Origin: Vairimorpha necatrix
Lineage: Eukaryota
Assembly: GCA_036630325.1 (NCBI GenBank)
Contig: CP142733.1
Span: forward strand, 992,001-1,056,000
Direction of reading: 5' to 3'
DNA: 64,000 nt
Shown here: piece by piece, positions 11,966 to 25,800 of the stretch
Layout: the number at the start of each line of letters is the position of its first letter
How positions within the stretch are numbered: the stretch's first letter is position 1
Made by a program: the position numbers and the translations under genes
Notes under the pieces: model-generated
Told to the model about the DNA's origin: nothing
Database searches by the model: none
What the model saw: only the letters and a program-made list of their open reading frames with translations

Positions 11966-12926
11966 CAAAAATGACACGTGTCAAAGTTTTTAAAAATTAC
12001 CTTTTTTGAAAAAAACCAGGGAATGACAATAAATAAAGAATTAATGATTTTTATTAGCATTTTATAATAAGAAATGCTAATAGAAATATATAAAATGTGG
12101 CTGTGAGCAAGTATTAAATAAAAGGTTTATTTTAGAAGCAGATTTTAATAGCAAAGATAGATTTTTAAATTAAATATATTATTTATTTTAAATAGTAAAC
12201 TAAATCATTTACATCTGTAAAAAAATAAAAAGTGGATCATTTAGGTTAAACACAACTCAAAATTGAGATTGTTGGGTTGTAACGTTAAAACGTAAGTTAC
12301 ATCAAAGAAAATTTTTAGAAATTTATTATAAGTTTGAATAACCTAGTACAGATATAAATTGATGAGATAGTTGTAGAGATATACAAAAGTAAGTTTGGTA
12401 AAGCCAAATATAAAAGGAAGACTGGCATATGGGAGTTAGTTGTTGATGAATGCATTAAGAATCAAAGTAATAAAATATAGTCTATGTAAATATAAAAAAA
12501 ACAAATATACATTGTTCCCAAAATTGAGAAAGCGTGTAAAACTTTAAATCCGTAATTTGTTAAGATATGTGGGTGCCTATATAACCTTAAAGAGGCTAAT
12601 AAGGTTCAGAAAACTTGCAAATCACAGTCAAGATTTTAGGAATATCAAAACAGGTTCCCAGAAAAAAATCACTAGAAGTTTCTATTTTCAATAGGTTAAG
12701 GACAACCCTTGTCAAATAATTTGACTTTTTATATTATTAGAAGTAATGAGCTATACGGCGCAACTGAAGCAAAATATATAAAAGTATTATTTTGATATAA
12801 CCAACATTCCTCGTTAATTCTAATACATTCATTTTTTTATTATATGTTTTGAGGGATTTGAGGTTTGCTTCTTATTAATTTTTTTTAAAGAGGGCAATTT
12901 TTAAAAATTTTATACTTGTCATTTTT
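11966..12926 (+). mobile_element. Degenerate Merlin (IS1595-like) DNA transposon
   Basis: ~45-bp imperfect inverted repeats (AAAAATGACACGTGTCAAAGTTTTTAAAAATTACC versus reverse complement of 12880-12926). The internal remnant VVEIYKSKFGKAKYKR..W matches the Merlin VEIDESKFGKRKY.R motif, followed by DMW..Y and NHSQDF remnants. Confidence 0.65.
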
Positions 12927-13322
12927 TACTATAATGCTGATTTTATCAAATTATGTCATCAATTTTCTAAAAATTGATGAAATGATTTTTAATTTTGAAG
13001 TTTCAGGTAGTTTCTATTTGTAAATGTATTAACAATAACTTTTTGCTTATCTCTGTATTTGATAGCTACAAAACAGCTGCGGGAAAAAAACAAGAAAAAA
13101 TTATAAAATTATATTCTAAATTTGAAGGCTTTTATTTATAATCCTTCTTTTTTTGTAATTATCTAAGATATTCAAGAACATTTATATATTAGCTTTATTA
13201 ATTTTGACAGGTGTTAAAAAAGACAAAGAAGGTTTTAAAACCTTTTGACATAAATTAACAGTAAATTCAAATTTTTTTAAACTTTTTTTTGCTTTTATTT
13301 AAGTTTTTTATTTACCCCATTC

Positions 13323-14264
13323 ATGCTTTTATATATTTTATTAGTAGTCGGCTCCAACCTACAAAATGATCAGAAATCAGATCAGTGGAGAGAATGGGAT
13401 GATTTAAAAAACGAAGTTCTTAACGAAATTAATTTTGGTCGCCAACGAGTTGAAAATATAAATTCAAGTCAAATATTTTCTTCAAATATTGAAAAAATCT
13501 GTCATAAAAGCCCACGGTCTTGCTACGAAAACTTTTCATCGTCAACAGAATCTGCAAGTACGAATAATGACTCAGTGTTTTTTACATTTATATCTGATTT
13601 TTTGCATTGTATGAAGACAGATTATCTAAAAAGTGAAACCTGCAGAATAAAAGAAAATATACCAAATGTCTATAATTGTACTAAAATGTTTTTTGATCTA
13701 TTGGAGACATGGGAAAATGAGAAACTTGATAGCATCAAAATTAAAAGAAATAACAAATTTCCAGATAATGATTCTTACATCAAATATCAAAAAATTAGCA
13801 AAAGAATGGCCAGGTGGTTTAACAACTTTTCACAAATAAAAACTATTCACTTGCCTCAAATAATAAAAAAATTGGCAGAGTCTTCTATTGATACATATTC
13901 TAAAGCATCAATTATCGAAAACACAAATTGTACAATTCGTGCGATGGCTTATTTTGAAAAACTTAGACCTAAAAATTTTAGTTTTAGGCGCAATACAGAC
14001 ACGTTAAACCTTTATTATACGACTATGCTTGATAGATTTCCATATCTATTTGATTACTTTAATTTATGTGGAAGATTTGTATATTTATATGGCCTGCTTA
14101 TTGAGCTATATATTAAAAAAGTGAACGAATCGTCTGAAATGGAAAAAATATTATACAACATGTCAATTAACTTAAATGTTGTATTAAAATATTCTAATAA
14201 CTTTTTAAAAGATCTACAAACAATGTTAACAATGTTAGAACATCTCGAACCGGCAATTAAATAG
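13323..14264 (+). CDS. Family A putative secreted effector, W-type variant WREW (313 aa)
   Basis: CCC motif; MLLYILLVVG; WREW at aa 22-25; core DRFPYLFDYFNLCGRFVYLY. Confidence 0.85.
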   Translation: MLLYILLVVGSNLQNDQKSDQWREWDDLKNEVLNEINFGRQRVENINSSQIFSSNIEKICHKSPRSCYENFSSSTESASTNNDSVFFTFISDFLHCMKTDYLKSETCRIKENIPNVYNCTKMFFDLLETWENEKLDSIKIKRNNKFPDNDSYIKYQKISKRMARWFNNFSQIKTIHLPQIIKKLAESSIDTYSKASIIENTNCTIRAMAYFEKLRPKNFSFRRNTDTLNLYYTTMLDRFPYLFDYFNLCGRFVYLYGLLIELYIKKVNESSEMEKILYNMSINLNVVLKYSNNFLKDLQTMLTMLEHLEPAIK

Positions 14265-16605
14265 TTTAATTTCATAAAATACAATATTTTTGTTGATAAT
14301 AACTTTAAAAATTTTACATTCGTTTTTTTATTCTATAATCACCAGTTTGTACATTTTATTAAAAAGACAACAAAAAAAAATATAAAAGCTAAATACTTTA
14401 AATCTAATTCTATAAGAGGTTAGAAACGTAATTAATAAATACGAAAGAAAAAATTTGCGATTATTTGTGATTCTTTCCTACTTTAATGTTTTTTATATTC
14501 GTTTTTAAAAAAAATGCTTTAAGTTTTAAAGTATATATTTAATTGCAAAATTTATCTGAAGCTCGGATTTTGTTTATTAACATCTGGATTCATCATAGTA
14601 ACTTTAAATTTTCATCTGTGAAGATAATTGAAATTTTTTAAAAAAAAAAATTTATTTTAAAAATGTATACTTTTTTAAATTTACGTGAAAATATTATATT
14701 GTAGCAAAAGACAAAAACAGTTCCGTGTTTAATTATATAATATTTCTGGTTCATTTTTGGCATAGTAATAAGTCAATATCGAATTTTATCTTTGATATTA
14801 TTTTAATAGCCCTATATAAAGATTGCATATTTACTCTGGATTTACTTATTTTTTTTTAATTTCTTAAATGTTTTCTGTTTTCTAAAAAGAATGTAACAGT
14901 AGTGGCTATCGTAAAAAGCACAAAAAGCTGAAACTTGTTTTTAATTTACACATTAATATATGTGATGACTAAATCAAGTGCGTATTAAAGATTTGTAATT
15001 TGAATAATCTATGTTATCGTGTAATAAAATAAATATTTACGTTATTTTATTGTAGTTAATCAAACACATACAACGAAAACTATAATATTTAGATTTTAAT
15101 GGTAAAAATTCGCTTATTACAATTAAAAATAGTAGTGATTTCAAGGTAATAGTTGAATTTAAATATTATTGAATAGAAAACATCGTCTAATAATGATTTT
15201 TTGAATAATTTTTCCATATTTACATCTAAAAATATGAGTATTTTTAAATGTTGAAGTATTGTTTTAAATACATCTATATAATACTATCTCTAGATTTTCA
15301 TCTATTTTGAAACACAAATTCCTAAACTTTAACATCTTTACAAACTATCTAGTAACATAGCATCAAATGATTTATCTTTTTAAAAAAAAAATTTCAGTAT
15401 TAAAACTTGTTATGAACTCTCAAAAAACCTTTAACATCACTTGCAATCACAATAGATAGATTTTATCAATTATTTTATTACACACTAATTTCTACTTTAT
15501 GTAAAAATTAGGATAAATTGTTTAATTTTTTTTTTTTTAAATTTTTTTGTGCATTTGTGTATATAGATTTTAAAGTTCTAAAATATTTGGGATGAATAAA
15601 TTTATTCGTTCTTTAGCACTTTCTATTTTAAAAAACAAAAATATTATAAATATTATAACTTTTAATACAGATATTTACTCAGTTCTATGTTGAAGGATAA
15701 AGAAATAAAAATGTACGCATATATATTGTGAGGTAATGTAGAATATCAATACAACAGAGCTACCCGAGAACTAGAAAAATGAATTATAATAATATAACAT
15801 CTGCGAAGTGGCATCACAGCATTTAAAATATCTTGACAATAAATAATATTGGAATTTACGATTCTTGAACAAATAGGTTTTTCATTCCTAAGACAAATAT
15901 GTATAAGATTCAAAATTTAGTTTACATAAAAATAATTAAAAATTTAGAAAAACTGATTTGTGATTAATATCTTAGATAAAAAAATGTATTACAGTAATAA
16001 AAAACATAAAATCAAAATTTATTTTTATCTAAATTATTATAACATTCAAGAAAAAAAATATACTTTAAACTACATTTTACTAAAAGTTGTATGAATTAAC
16101 GTCTAAGAACTAATTAAGGAATAATATTCACAAATTATTCTATTTTTTTCAAATGCAAAATTTTTCTTTGAAAATATTATTTATTTGAAGCATTATTATT
16201 GGATGCTCTAATTATAATATTAACAAGTGACTTCTAACAATCATTGGTATTAGTAGAAAGCATGTATTTTAGATTTGTAATTAGAATAAAAATAAAATCA
16301 AACAATAAAATACATTGTAAATTTATATTGATATAAACTTTATATAAATTTCGAATGATATATTATCTAAATTTATCTTCTTAAAAATAAACATTCTATT
16401 TTTAAAATGCCAATATTAAACTATTTGTTTATAATATAAAAATTTTATTAATTTTATTTTTTTACAAAACATTCAAAAGTGTTTTCAAATGCACCAAAGT
16501 AGATTAAAAGAAAAATGTGATGCAATAAGATGTTTTTCGTATATTTGTCTTTTTAGTTTCCACTGCTATATTGAAATTGAGAAATTTTATAAATTTTTAT
16601 CCCAA

Positions 16606-17520
16606 ATGATTTGTATATTTTATTCGTAATATGTTCTGAAATAGACAAACCAGACAATCTTAATATAATAACCGAAGATACACAGCATGATTTAACACTT
16701 GATCTTATTTCTAAACCAAAACATGACAACGAAAAAAATAAAAGCCAATTACAATCATTATTGGTTGCAAAAACTTATAGAAAAAGGATGCAATTATGCA
16801 AGAAAAAATTATTAAAATCTGATGTTTAAACATTAGTTAAAGAGAAAGACTTTACACACAAAATTTGAAATTTCATAAGATATTTATAGACAAACCATCT
16901 TCAGACTGAAAATACTTATATAGGAGCAAGTATAGAAAATCAAAATGAACATACTCAAAATTTTTTTGATTTACCTGTAGAATGGGGAATTGATGAAATA
17001 AATTTTATTTTTACTTGAACCTTTTAAACAATTTGCAAATACTAAAGGTATTAAAGAATACAAAAAATACAACTATAATACAAATCTGTAGTGGAACAAT
17101 TTATATAAAATATCATCGATTTTCTTGCCTCAACTAAGAAATTTGAAGAAAGATCTTAGTTACCAGAAAATTTTCAAATTTTGATAATAAAAGATGTAAA
17201 TTTTATTTCCAGACCAATGAAATGTTATATGCACTCAGACTAAAACATTATAGATATAAATTTGATGTTAATAAATTAGTTTTTTATACGAAAATGGTTG
17301 ATAGATTTCCTTATTTGTTTGACTATTTCAATTTATGTCATAGATTTATATGGAATATTTGATAACCAACTTTTACAAAATGTCATTAATAGCTATAATA
17401 TTAATAAGACATTAATGACATTTCGAAATGTTTGCGTGTTTTTTTAAAAAAAACTAAATGATTTATAGAGAATCTAGAAGGACTGTTAACTACATTAGGA
17501 CGCCTAGAGTCATTTAATTA
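16606..17520 (+). pseudogene. Family A pseudogene (PLDLS lineage, closest to the 27543 copy)
   Basis: CCCAAATG at 16601-16608 with an immediate frameshift; LTLDLISKPK and KSQLQSLLVAK; several stops; DRFPYLFDYFNLC at ~17300; C-terminal ENLEGLLTTLGRLE. Confidence 0.85.
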
Positions 17521-20500
17521 TAATCTAATTACTACTTAAAAATTAAAATCAATGAATTGATATTACTTTTTAATCCATCATAAAATTATAGAATTCATAA
17601 AAACCCCTTAAAATGGTTTCTTTTTTTATTTTCAATCTTAGTCTTATTTAAAAAACATGTAAGAATTCATTGTAATACAAATATTGCTTTTCACTATCCA
17701 TTTATAATCGTATTTATAATATAGGTTCTATAAAACGTAAGTTTTTAATTTTTTTAAGTTTATATTTTTAAAAATAAAAAAGAATCGCTTATAAGATGTA
17801 ACGTATTTTTTAAGTAGCATAAAACTGTAAATTATCACAATAAACATTTCCAATTTTTTTATTTCAATTTTAACATCATGTTTAGAATTTTATGATGCTA
17901 GAACGCTTTTTAAAATGCTTCGGAGTAAGGGTACACAAAATATATTAAATTCCGACTTTATTTAGAACTAAGTTTAACAAAAAAAACTTGTTTACATATA
18001 TCAACGCAATTAATAGTATCGATTTGAGGCTATATTTTTAATTTGATATTATATGAAAATAATCAATATGAAAAATGTAGTTTGGAAATCGCTAAATAAT
18101 TTAACGAGAACAAACAAATAGAAAATCTTCAATTCAAATTATTTTACTCTCTATCTTAACATAATTAAACATTTCAAAATGGTTTTGAATTCTACGGTAA
18201 TTAAAATTATGCTCTGTAATTAATAAAATAGAAGATTAATTGTGTTTTTGTATATTTTTAGTATTTTATTGCAATTAAATTAATTACAACTAATTGTAAA
18301 TCTTATTCTTGCAGTATACTTTATACAGCCCTGATATTTAATATTTTAAACGTTATTTTTGATATTTCTATTGGTTATAGACTTAATATAAATTTATTAA
18401 TCTGTTATTACAGATTGCATTATTCATTTTCGTATATTATATTTTAATGTATTTCAATATAAAACCTTTAGAACCAAAAAAAACATTCAATGCTCCGAAA
18501 ACTTCTTTGCTATAATTCCGCACTGTTAGTAGAGGGTCACAAATTTTTTAATTGATTATATTCCATTAACCTTACATCTATAAAAAATTAAATATAAAAA
18601 TCAGAATGTGGTTCGAAAAGTTTGTAGATGTGATCTTTTAGTCTGTCAATATTTTTATTAATTACATGTGTGTATAGAACAAGTCATTTCAATCTCATAT
18701 TATTTTCAATCAAGATAATATACTTCGATGCGAAAATAAAACAATATTACTCAATTAAATCTTTAATCTTAAAATTTATGTTTTTTAATGGGCCTTAATA
18801 AATATTGTATGCTATTATAACAATTGGAACTGTAATATTATTTTATTATACTGTAAACATAATCGATTACATAGAAGCAAAATTATTATGTTTTACTATA
18901 TATGAAAATAAGTAATCACAATGTGTAAAGGCGCTAAAAATAGCACTGGAAAAAAAAATTGTGATATATTTGTATGAAAAAAAAAATCTCAAAATAATAA
19001 CAGATTAGTTTAAATTAATGTAAAAATGAAGTTGATAATCGTTTATTGCTAAAAACTAAAAATAGCACTAAAATATGTGCTAAACATTATAATTCCTTGA
19101 TTATCTCAGTAAATCGCAGCCTTTGACAAATTTATAAATTTAAAAATTAAAATATATTACATAGTATTAATGTGAAAAAAATTGCCTCTCATAAAATTTA
19201 CCACGAAAAAAATTCAATATTTAATAGTAAAAAATGCTTGATAAATCGTAGAACAAATTTAAAGACTTGTTAAATTTGCGCTATTCTTATAACTTATAAT
19301 TTATATAAAACAATCTTTTTTTGCTATCAACAAAAAACGAATAAAATTTTACAGAAGAAAACTTTTATTCTATATATAATCAATATTTATAATTACATTC
19401 GATAAAATTTTTTATTATATGATTTTATCATAATCAATACAATTATGCCCCCATTTGAAATATGATGAATCAAAAATGTTTTTTCTTTTCGATAATTAAG
19501 ATAGATATAGCAATAAAAATATAGATATTATTTGAAAAGGTATATCTCACATGCATTAAATTAATTCAGAAACTTGAATGCGTGCATATGTTCATCATTT
19601 CTTAAATTGATTCTGAATCGATGGATTGTGTTATGTTTACACCCAAGCTTATAATAAGAGATTTAGGAAATAAATAGATTAGGGTTGTCAATATTGTAGT
19701 GTTTTTATTTTTTTCCTTGCCACTTTAATAAAATGAAAAAAAATCTTATAGCGTAAGTAGCAATTAAAACCAAAAATTTTACAACTTAAGTAGTATTTAT
19801 AGACATTTTGAATGCGTCTAAGATATGTATGTTTTGTTGTAAAATTTGAATATATAAACTATAGGTCCACAATTTAATTCGAGAACTCATTTATAGCTTC
19901 TATTTTGCGACATTTAATGTATACGTCACATCAGAAACTCCATTCAGGAGATGTTTAAAAATCTACAAAGCTAAATCTACAAAAATATTCTATAAATCGA
20001 CAACCATTTAGCATAATCGCATATATAAACTCAATTTATGCATCTTAGCCATTTAGTTTTGACCTGTTGGCAACCCCACACATTAAAATTTGTAGTGTTA
20101 ATTGAACGTAAATCCTATATACCGCACCTATATAATATGCTAACACAAATTTAAACAAATAAGATGGCGAAACTGTTGTTCTATGAAGGAAATGTTATTT
20201 GTTGTGCAATAACGCTATTATATAGATATTTTAATAAATATAAAATCCAAGACAGAATTCTGCTTGCCAACATATAATTGCAGTTTACAATTACGGTTAA
20301 ATCAATTAATACTCTAAGAGTCTTTGAATCTATCATACTTACGTATGCTTAGTTAAAGAGGTGTATTCTTTTAATTGTGCTAATGACACATGACGATGTT
20401 TGACATTTGATAGGCATTTCTCAGAAAGTGCCATTTAAGGTCTTTATTACAGGGCTAGACTCTCGAACTTCTATATCAAAAATCAATTAGTTTATTGGTT

Positions 20501-20942
20501 TCTTGCTGAAAGCGCCGTGTAGCTCATTTCATGTAAATGATATCTTTTAGTATTTACAGGAGCTTATGTTTGACGCACTATATCAAAATGTTATCAAAAT
20601 ATAACGAACTAAGCAAAAGAAGTTCTTTTTCAATAGAAGTATTAATTAATTACCTTATTGATATATAATGTAATTGACAGGCCAATGTATAAAAATATAT
20701 TGCTTTTTGTAAAGTCAATTTTAGTGTTAAAATCTTTTCATTGATATATTTTTAAAAAAATTACTGGCTTAATACATTAGATTATTAAGAACATTCACGT
20801 ATGAAGCATTATTAATTTTGACACGGTTGTGCATAAAATTCAGATGCATCTTAAAACTTTATCCATAGATTTATTTTAACGTTCAAATTTTTATTAAATC
20901 TTATTTTTTTTTTGCTACTTAAATTGTTTTTTTTAACCATTC

Positions 20943-21887
20943 ATGTTTCAACACATTTTATATGTTTTCGGTTCTGAACTACAAAATTTTTACGAATTAG
21001 ACCATATAAGAGAATTGTATAGTGTAGAAAATGAACTACTTCAAGAAGATAATTATGGTGATGAACATGTGATAAACGAGAATCTTCAAAGTCAAATTAA
21101 TTCTATTCCAAACGAGAAAAACTGTAATAGAAACTCGTGCTCATATGAAGGAGACTATTTTATGTCATCGGAGTCTTCAATTAAAAATAACGACCCGGCT
21201 ATGAGGTCTTATATCACAAATTTTTTAGTTCGTACAAAAAAAAAATATCCGAAATCCTTTAATAATAAGACTTACGAAAATATAACAAACATTAATAGTT
21301 GCACAAAAATTTTTAATGAGTTATTTGATCAGTGGGAAAAAGAAAAAACAACTATGAAAGTAAGTTTTATTACATACAAATTTAAAGATGCTAAAGATTA
21401 CAAAAAATATAGAAAATTAAACAGAAAAACGAATTTGTGGTTAAGAAATTTTGGCAAAATTTTTAAGTTTTTCTTACCTCAAATAAAAAATGAGCTTGAA
21501 AGATCTTCCATTAACAAAAATGTTAAAATATCAATGATCGAAAATATAAATAGCATCATTCGTGTCATGGATTATTTTGAGCAACTAAAGCCTAAATTTG
21601 TAAGATTTAGTCACAGTACTGAAATGTTAAAATTCTATTATACTACTATGATTGACAGATTTCCATATCTATTTGATTATTTTAATTTAGCAGGCAGATT
21701 TGTCTATCTGTATGAGATGATTATTGAATTATATATTAAAAAAGTAAACGAATCGTATGACATGGATAAAATATTATACAACATGTCATTTAACTTAGAA
21801 TATGTATTAAAAAACTCAGATAGCTTGATAAAAGATATTCAAGCAATGCTAACAATGTTGGAACTTCTCGAACCAATAATGAAATAG
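20943..21887 (+). CDS. Family A putative secreted effector, W-type lineage with motif decayed to IREL (314 aa)
   Basis: Closest to the 13323 copy (shared RFVYLY..IELYIKKVNES..M.KILYNMS.NL and similar upstream DNA); core DRFPYLFDYFNL. Confidence 0.85.
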   Translation: MFQHILYVFGSELQNFYELDHIRELYSVENELLQEDNYGDEHVINENLQSQINSIPNEKNCNRNSCSYEGDYFMSSESSIKNNDPAMRSYITNFLVRTKKKYPKSFNNKTYENITNINSCTKIFNELFDQWEKEKTTMKVSFITYKFKDAKDYKKYRKLNRKTNLWLRNFGKIFKFFLPQIKNELERSSINKNVKISMIENINSIIRVMDYFEQLKPKFVRFSHSTEMLKFYYTTMIDRFPYLFDYFNLAGRFVYLYEMIIELYIKKVNESYDMDKILYNMSFNLEYVLKNSDSLIKDIQAMLTMLELLEPIMK

Positions 21888-22787
21888 TTAGCTATACGAT
21901 TACAACTAAAAAGTTAAATTGTCTATGGTTTTTTATATTCGAATATCTTTCTATTTACCAAATAAAGTTTAATATTTTTACATCATAAAATGCAACATTT
22001 AATCATTAAAAAGAAACTAATAGTATATTTAAATTTACAAAAGATCTAAGTGTTATATTAATTCAAAAATAAATATAGTTTTGCGTTTTTTGAACATACA
22101 TGAAACCAAATAGCTGTTTATAAATTTTTTATTCCTGCACCTAAAATATATACCTACAAATCAGATCATATTTTTTATAAGGTATTATTTGGACCGCGGG
22201 TAATTTTGCAAATCACTGAAAATTGTTTTTGGCAATGATCATGCTCTTTCTCTATTACATACTAATCAACAATTAGAAAACAACTAAGTCCATGTTTTAA
22301 CAATTTAGAAAAATTAACTTAAAGTGCTTACATATATTTGTTTTCTTTGGATAGTTGACCTCTTTTATTATCATCTATTTACATTAGGCAAAATATTGAG
22401 ACACTCATATTGTACGGGTTTCGCCATAATTCTATTGTTTTTTTCCTTAATATCTTTACATTTTCGTCGGGTTGTTATATATCTTGTCTTTTGATATAAA
22501 ACCTAACATAATTAACCTTTTTTATATATTTTTACAATAATTTTATCACACATTTGTATAAATATAACTCTTTTAACTTTATGATTTTTTAGTTCTTAGT
22601 ATGATAAACAATTTAAAAAAAGAAAGCTGTTACAGACACCTACTCTTTCATTGCCTCGCTACTGATTGTCAATCTTCATTTTTAATCGTCCAATAAGATA
22701 CTCTTAAGGGTCTTATGGGGATATGGCTTGTATATACGTTTATTCTACCAGTACTTTCAAGCGATTTATTTTTATATTAATATTGTG

Positions 22788-22835
22788 TGTATTTATTTAT
22801 CATAATGGGGGTAAAAATTATCAAAATATATAACA
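22788..22835 (-). repeat. 3' LTR (48 bp)
   Basis: TGTTATATATTTTGATAATTTTTACCCCCATTATGATAAATAAATACA, directly preceded by the polypurine tract on the minus strand. Confidence 0.95.
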
Positions 22836-22858
22836 TCCCCCCTCCAAGACGGTTAGTC

Positions 22859-25800
22859 TCACTTTATCCTTAACCCAAGCAGACTTTTTAGATCATAGTG
22901 CCTTTTCTTTACATATCTTCCATTTACTAACTTAACTATATAAGAATCATTGCCACATCTCTCTATAATTTTCCCACTCTCTAAAAACCTACCTTTCGAA
23001 TATTTATCCGCACCTTTCAAGTTTTCCTTCTTAGCTACTCTCACGTACTCACCTACTTTAAATTTTTCCCTTTTCCCCTTGTTAAACAGTTTTCCATATT
23101 TCCCTTGTGGGCTATTTTCAATCATTACATGTCCAGTTTTATCCTCTGTCGCTTCTATTGGTGTACATTTTAGTGCCGTGTGGTAACTCATATTATATTT
23201 TTCAATGCTTCCCATGACCTTCTCTGCAAATGTACCTTCTTTAGTCTTCAGAATGCTCTCTCGCAGCGTACCTATAACCCTCTCGACTCTGCCATTACTC
23301 CTGTGTGATTCGACACTTACTTTCCTATGTTTAATTTCTAGTCTGTTACACAACTCTCTAAACCCCTCATTGATAAATTCTCGCCCATTATCCGTTATAA
23401 TCTCTTCGGGCTTTTTTCCTTGTTCACACAACTTACTTAAAAATTCTGTCACATTCTTTCCAGTCTTGTTCTCCATTACCGTGCCCCATACTCTTCGAGT
23501 GTAATAATCTATCGCAACCAATACGTATTTACCTGCGTCTCTAAAATCAATGAGATCCAAAGCAACCTTTTCTAAATAACGTGTAGTATCTACAAACTCA
23601 CATCCACCGAGTCTTTTTCTATTATATATTTGACATTGTACACACTTTCGTATTGTCTCATTTATGTCTTTCTTTATTCCGGGCCAATAAAATCTTTCCC
23701 GCATCGCGTAATATACACTTGTCATACATCTATGTCCAACTTTTTCGTGGTATTCCTGCATCAAACTTTCCCTTGACTCTTCTGGTGGTATCTCGACTTT
23801 CCGTCCTGAATCAAATCTCCAATATTTTTTTCCTTCTGCGTCATCGACGTGCGCTTTCCATTTGCCCTCTATCTGCTTGGCGGTCCTTTCTCTGATTTTC
23901 TTTTTCTTTTCATCGTCTTCCATATGTATCCTGCTTAACGCGTCAGCCACCACCATTTCTTCTGGTTTCTTATATTCTATGGTGAAGTCAAATTCCTGGA
24001 TCTTTTCAATCCATCTATTTATTCTATTGTTATTAAAACACGGTTTATTTCTAATCTCAACCAAGGCTTTATGGTCCGTCTCGATTTTAAACTTCCTACC
24101 GCGCAACTCGTATTCAAATCTTTTTATCCCCCAAAATACCGCGTACATTTCTTTCTCCGATATAGTATATCTGGTCTCTGTAGGTGTTAACTTTTTTGAA
24201 CTCCATTGGATTGCTACCCATTCATCTTTATCGTTCTTCTGAAGTAACACGGCTCCTATCCCTACATTGCTCGCGTCCGTTCTCAATATAAATTCCTTCC
24301 TATAATCAGGCAATCTAAGTTTCCCCATCGCTCTCAAAACTTCTTTCAGCTCTAAAAACTCTCTATTCATTTCAACCGTCCATTCCCACTTCTTATCTTT
24401 ACCTCTCAAGCTATCTGTCAGATGAATAGTTAATTCCGCGTAATTCTTTATAAAGTTCCTAAACCATCCTGTCATTCCTAGGAATCTTCGTGTTTCACTT
24501 ACACTTGTCGGCTGCGGGAATTCCAACGCCTCGTTCTTCTTTATTTCATTCGCTTCAATATCTGTACCATTCAATGTGACTCCTAAGAGCTTAACTAACT
24601 GTTGGCTAAACTGTATCTTCTCAATATTCAATCTCATTTTATGTCTTTTTAATCTTTCCAATGCTTCTATAACTAGCTTGTCATGCCTTCTTTTAGTTCT
24701 AGCGTGTATAACGATGTCGTCCATATATACCTCCACTCCTTCTCCTTGTAAATCTTCAAATATTTGGTTCATTATTCGTTGTAATATCTGCGGGGAATTT
24801 TTATATCCCATTACCATACTGTTCCATTCATATACCTTTCTGTTAAATTCAAAGGCCGTATTGTGCTTATCCTCTTCTTCAATCTCTACGTGGTAAAAGC
24901 CTTCCTTCAGATCTATAACGGTAAACCATTTAGACCCCTGTGTGGCTCTAACGATGTCCCTAATATTTGACAACTCATACGGGTCTTTTTCAACTAAGTC
25001 ATTTAAACTCATTAGATTACTTACAAGCCTTACTCCTCCGTTAGGTTTTACTATAGCTCTAATTGGGTTCCTCCACTCGGATGTTGATCTTCTTATAATC
25101 TTTCTTTCTTCCAAACTTTTTATATATTTTTCAGTATTTTCCATCAACGCCTGTGGGATAGTTTGTCCTCTTTTAACTACTTTTTTCCCTGGTGGCGTCT
25201 CAATTTTACATTTCTCTATCTTACAGTGTACGATCTCTTCCTGCTGCAAGTCAAAAATTTCTCTAAACTTCGCTTTTATATCTTCAATGACAAGGCCCTC
25301 TTCCATTCTATCCTCTCTCATTCCTCTCCTTTTTGAATTTTGTTTACGTTTTGCTTCTCCGCATTTCCTATATTCTTGTGCGCTAAGTTCTGTGCTTGTA
25401 GATCCACTCTCTTCATGAACAATTAAATACTTGTTAAAATGTTTATTTTTATTATCTTCTTCTTTCCTCTTCCTTACGAAGCAATCTCTTGCCATGTGCC
25501 CAAATCTACCACAGTAAAAACAATCTCTACTTCTTACTCTCGTAGTTTCTTCCCTTATTTTTCCTAATGCTCCTCTATTTGCCAGCTCCTCTCGAACTGT
25601 TCCTCTAACCGACTCTGCAATTATTTCCATCATCTTACTTTTGTCTTCTTCTTCCTTCTTTTTTAATTCGTCCTTTCTAACCTCCTTTTCCATTTCTTCA
25701 ATAATTAAGGACCAACTATCTTCTTTTTTAATTCTTTCTACCATAAAGTTCTTTACTTCTTCCGAACCCATTTCATAAATTCTTGCCTTCCATAGAGACT

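Noticed and set aside
19830..20560. Possible transposase remnant (similar hints at ~9050-9700, ~41300-41900 and ~56720)
   Set aside because: Only isolated weak motif fragments and no clear termini.
22950..25418. Several plus-strand ORFs of 78-158 aa
   Set aside because: They are antisense shadows of the retrotransposon polyprotein.
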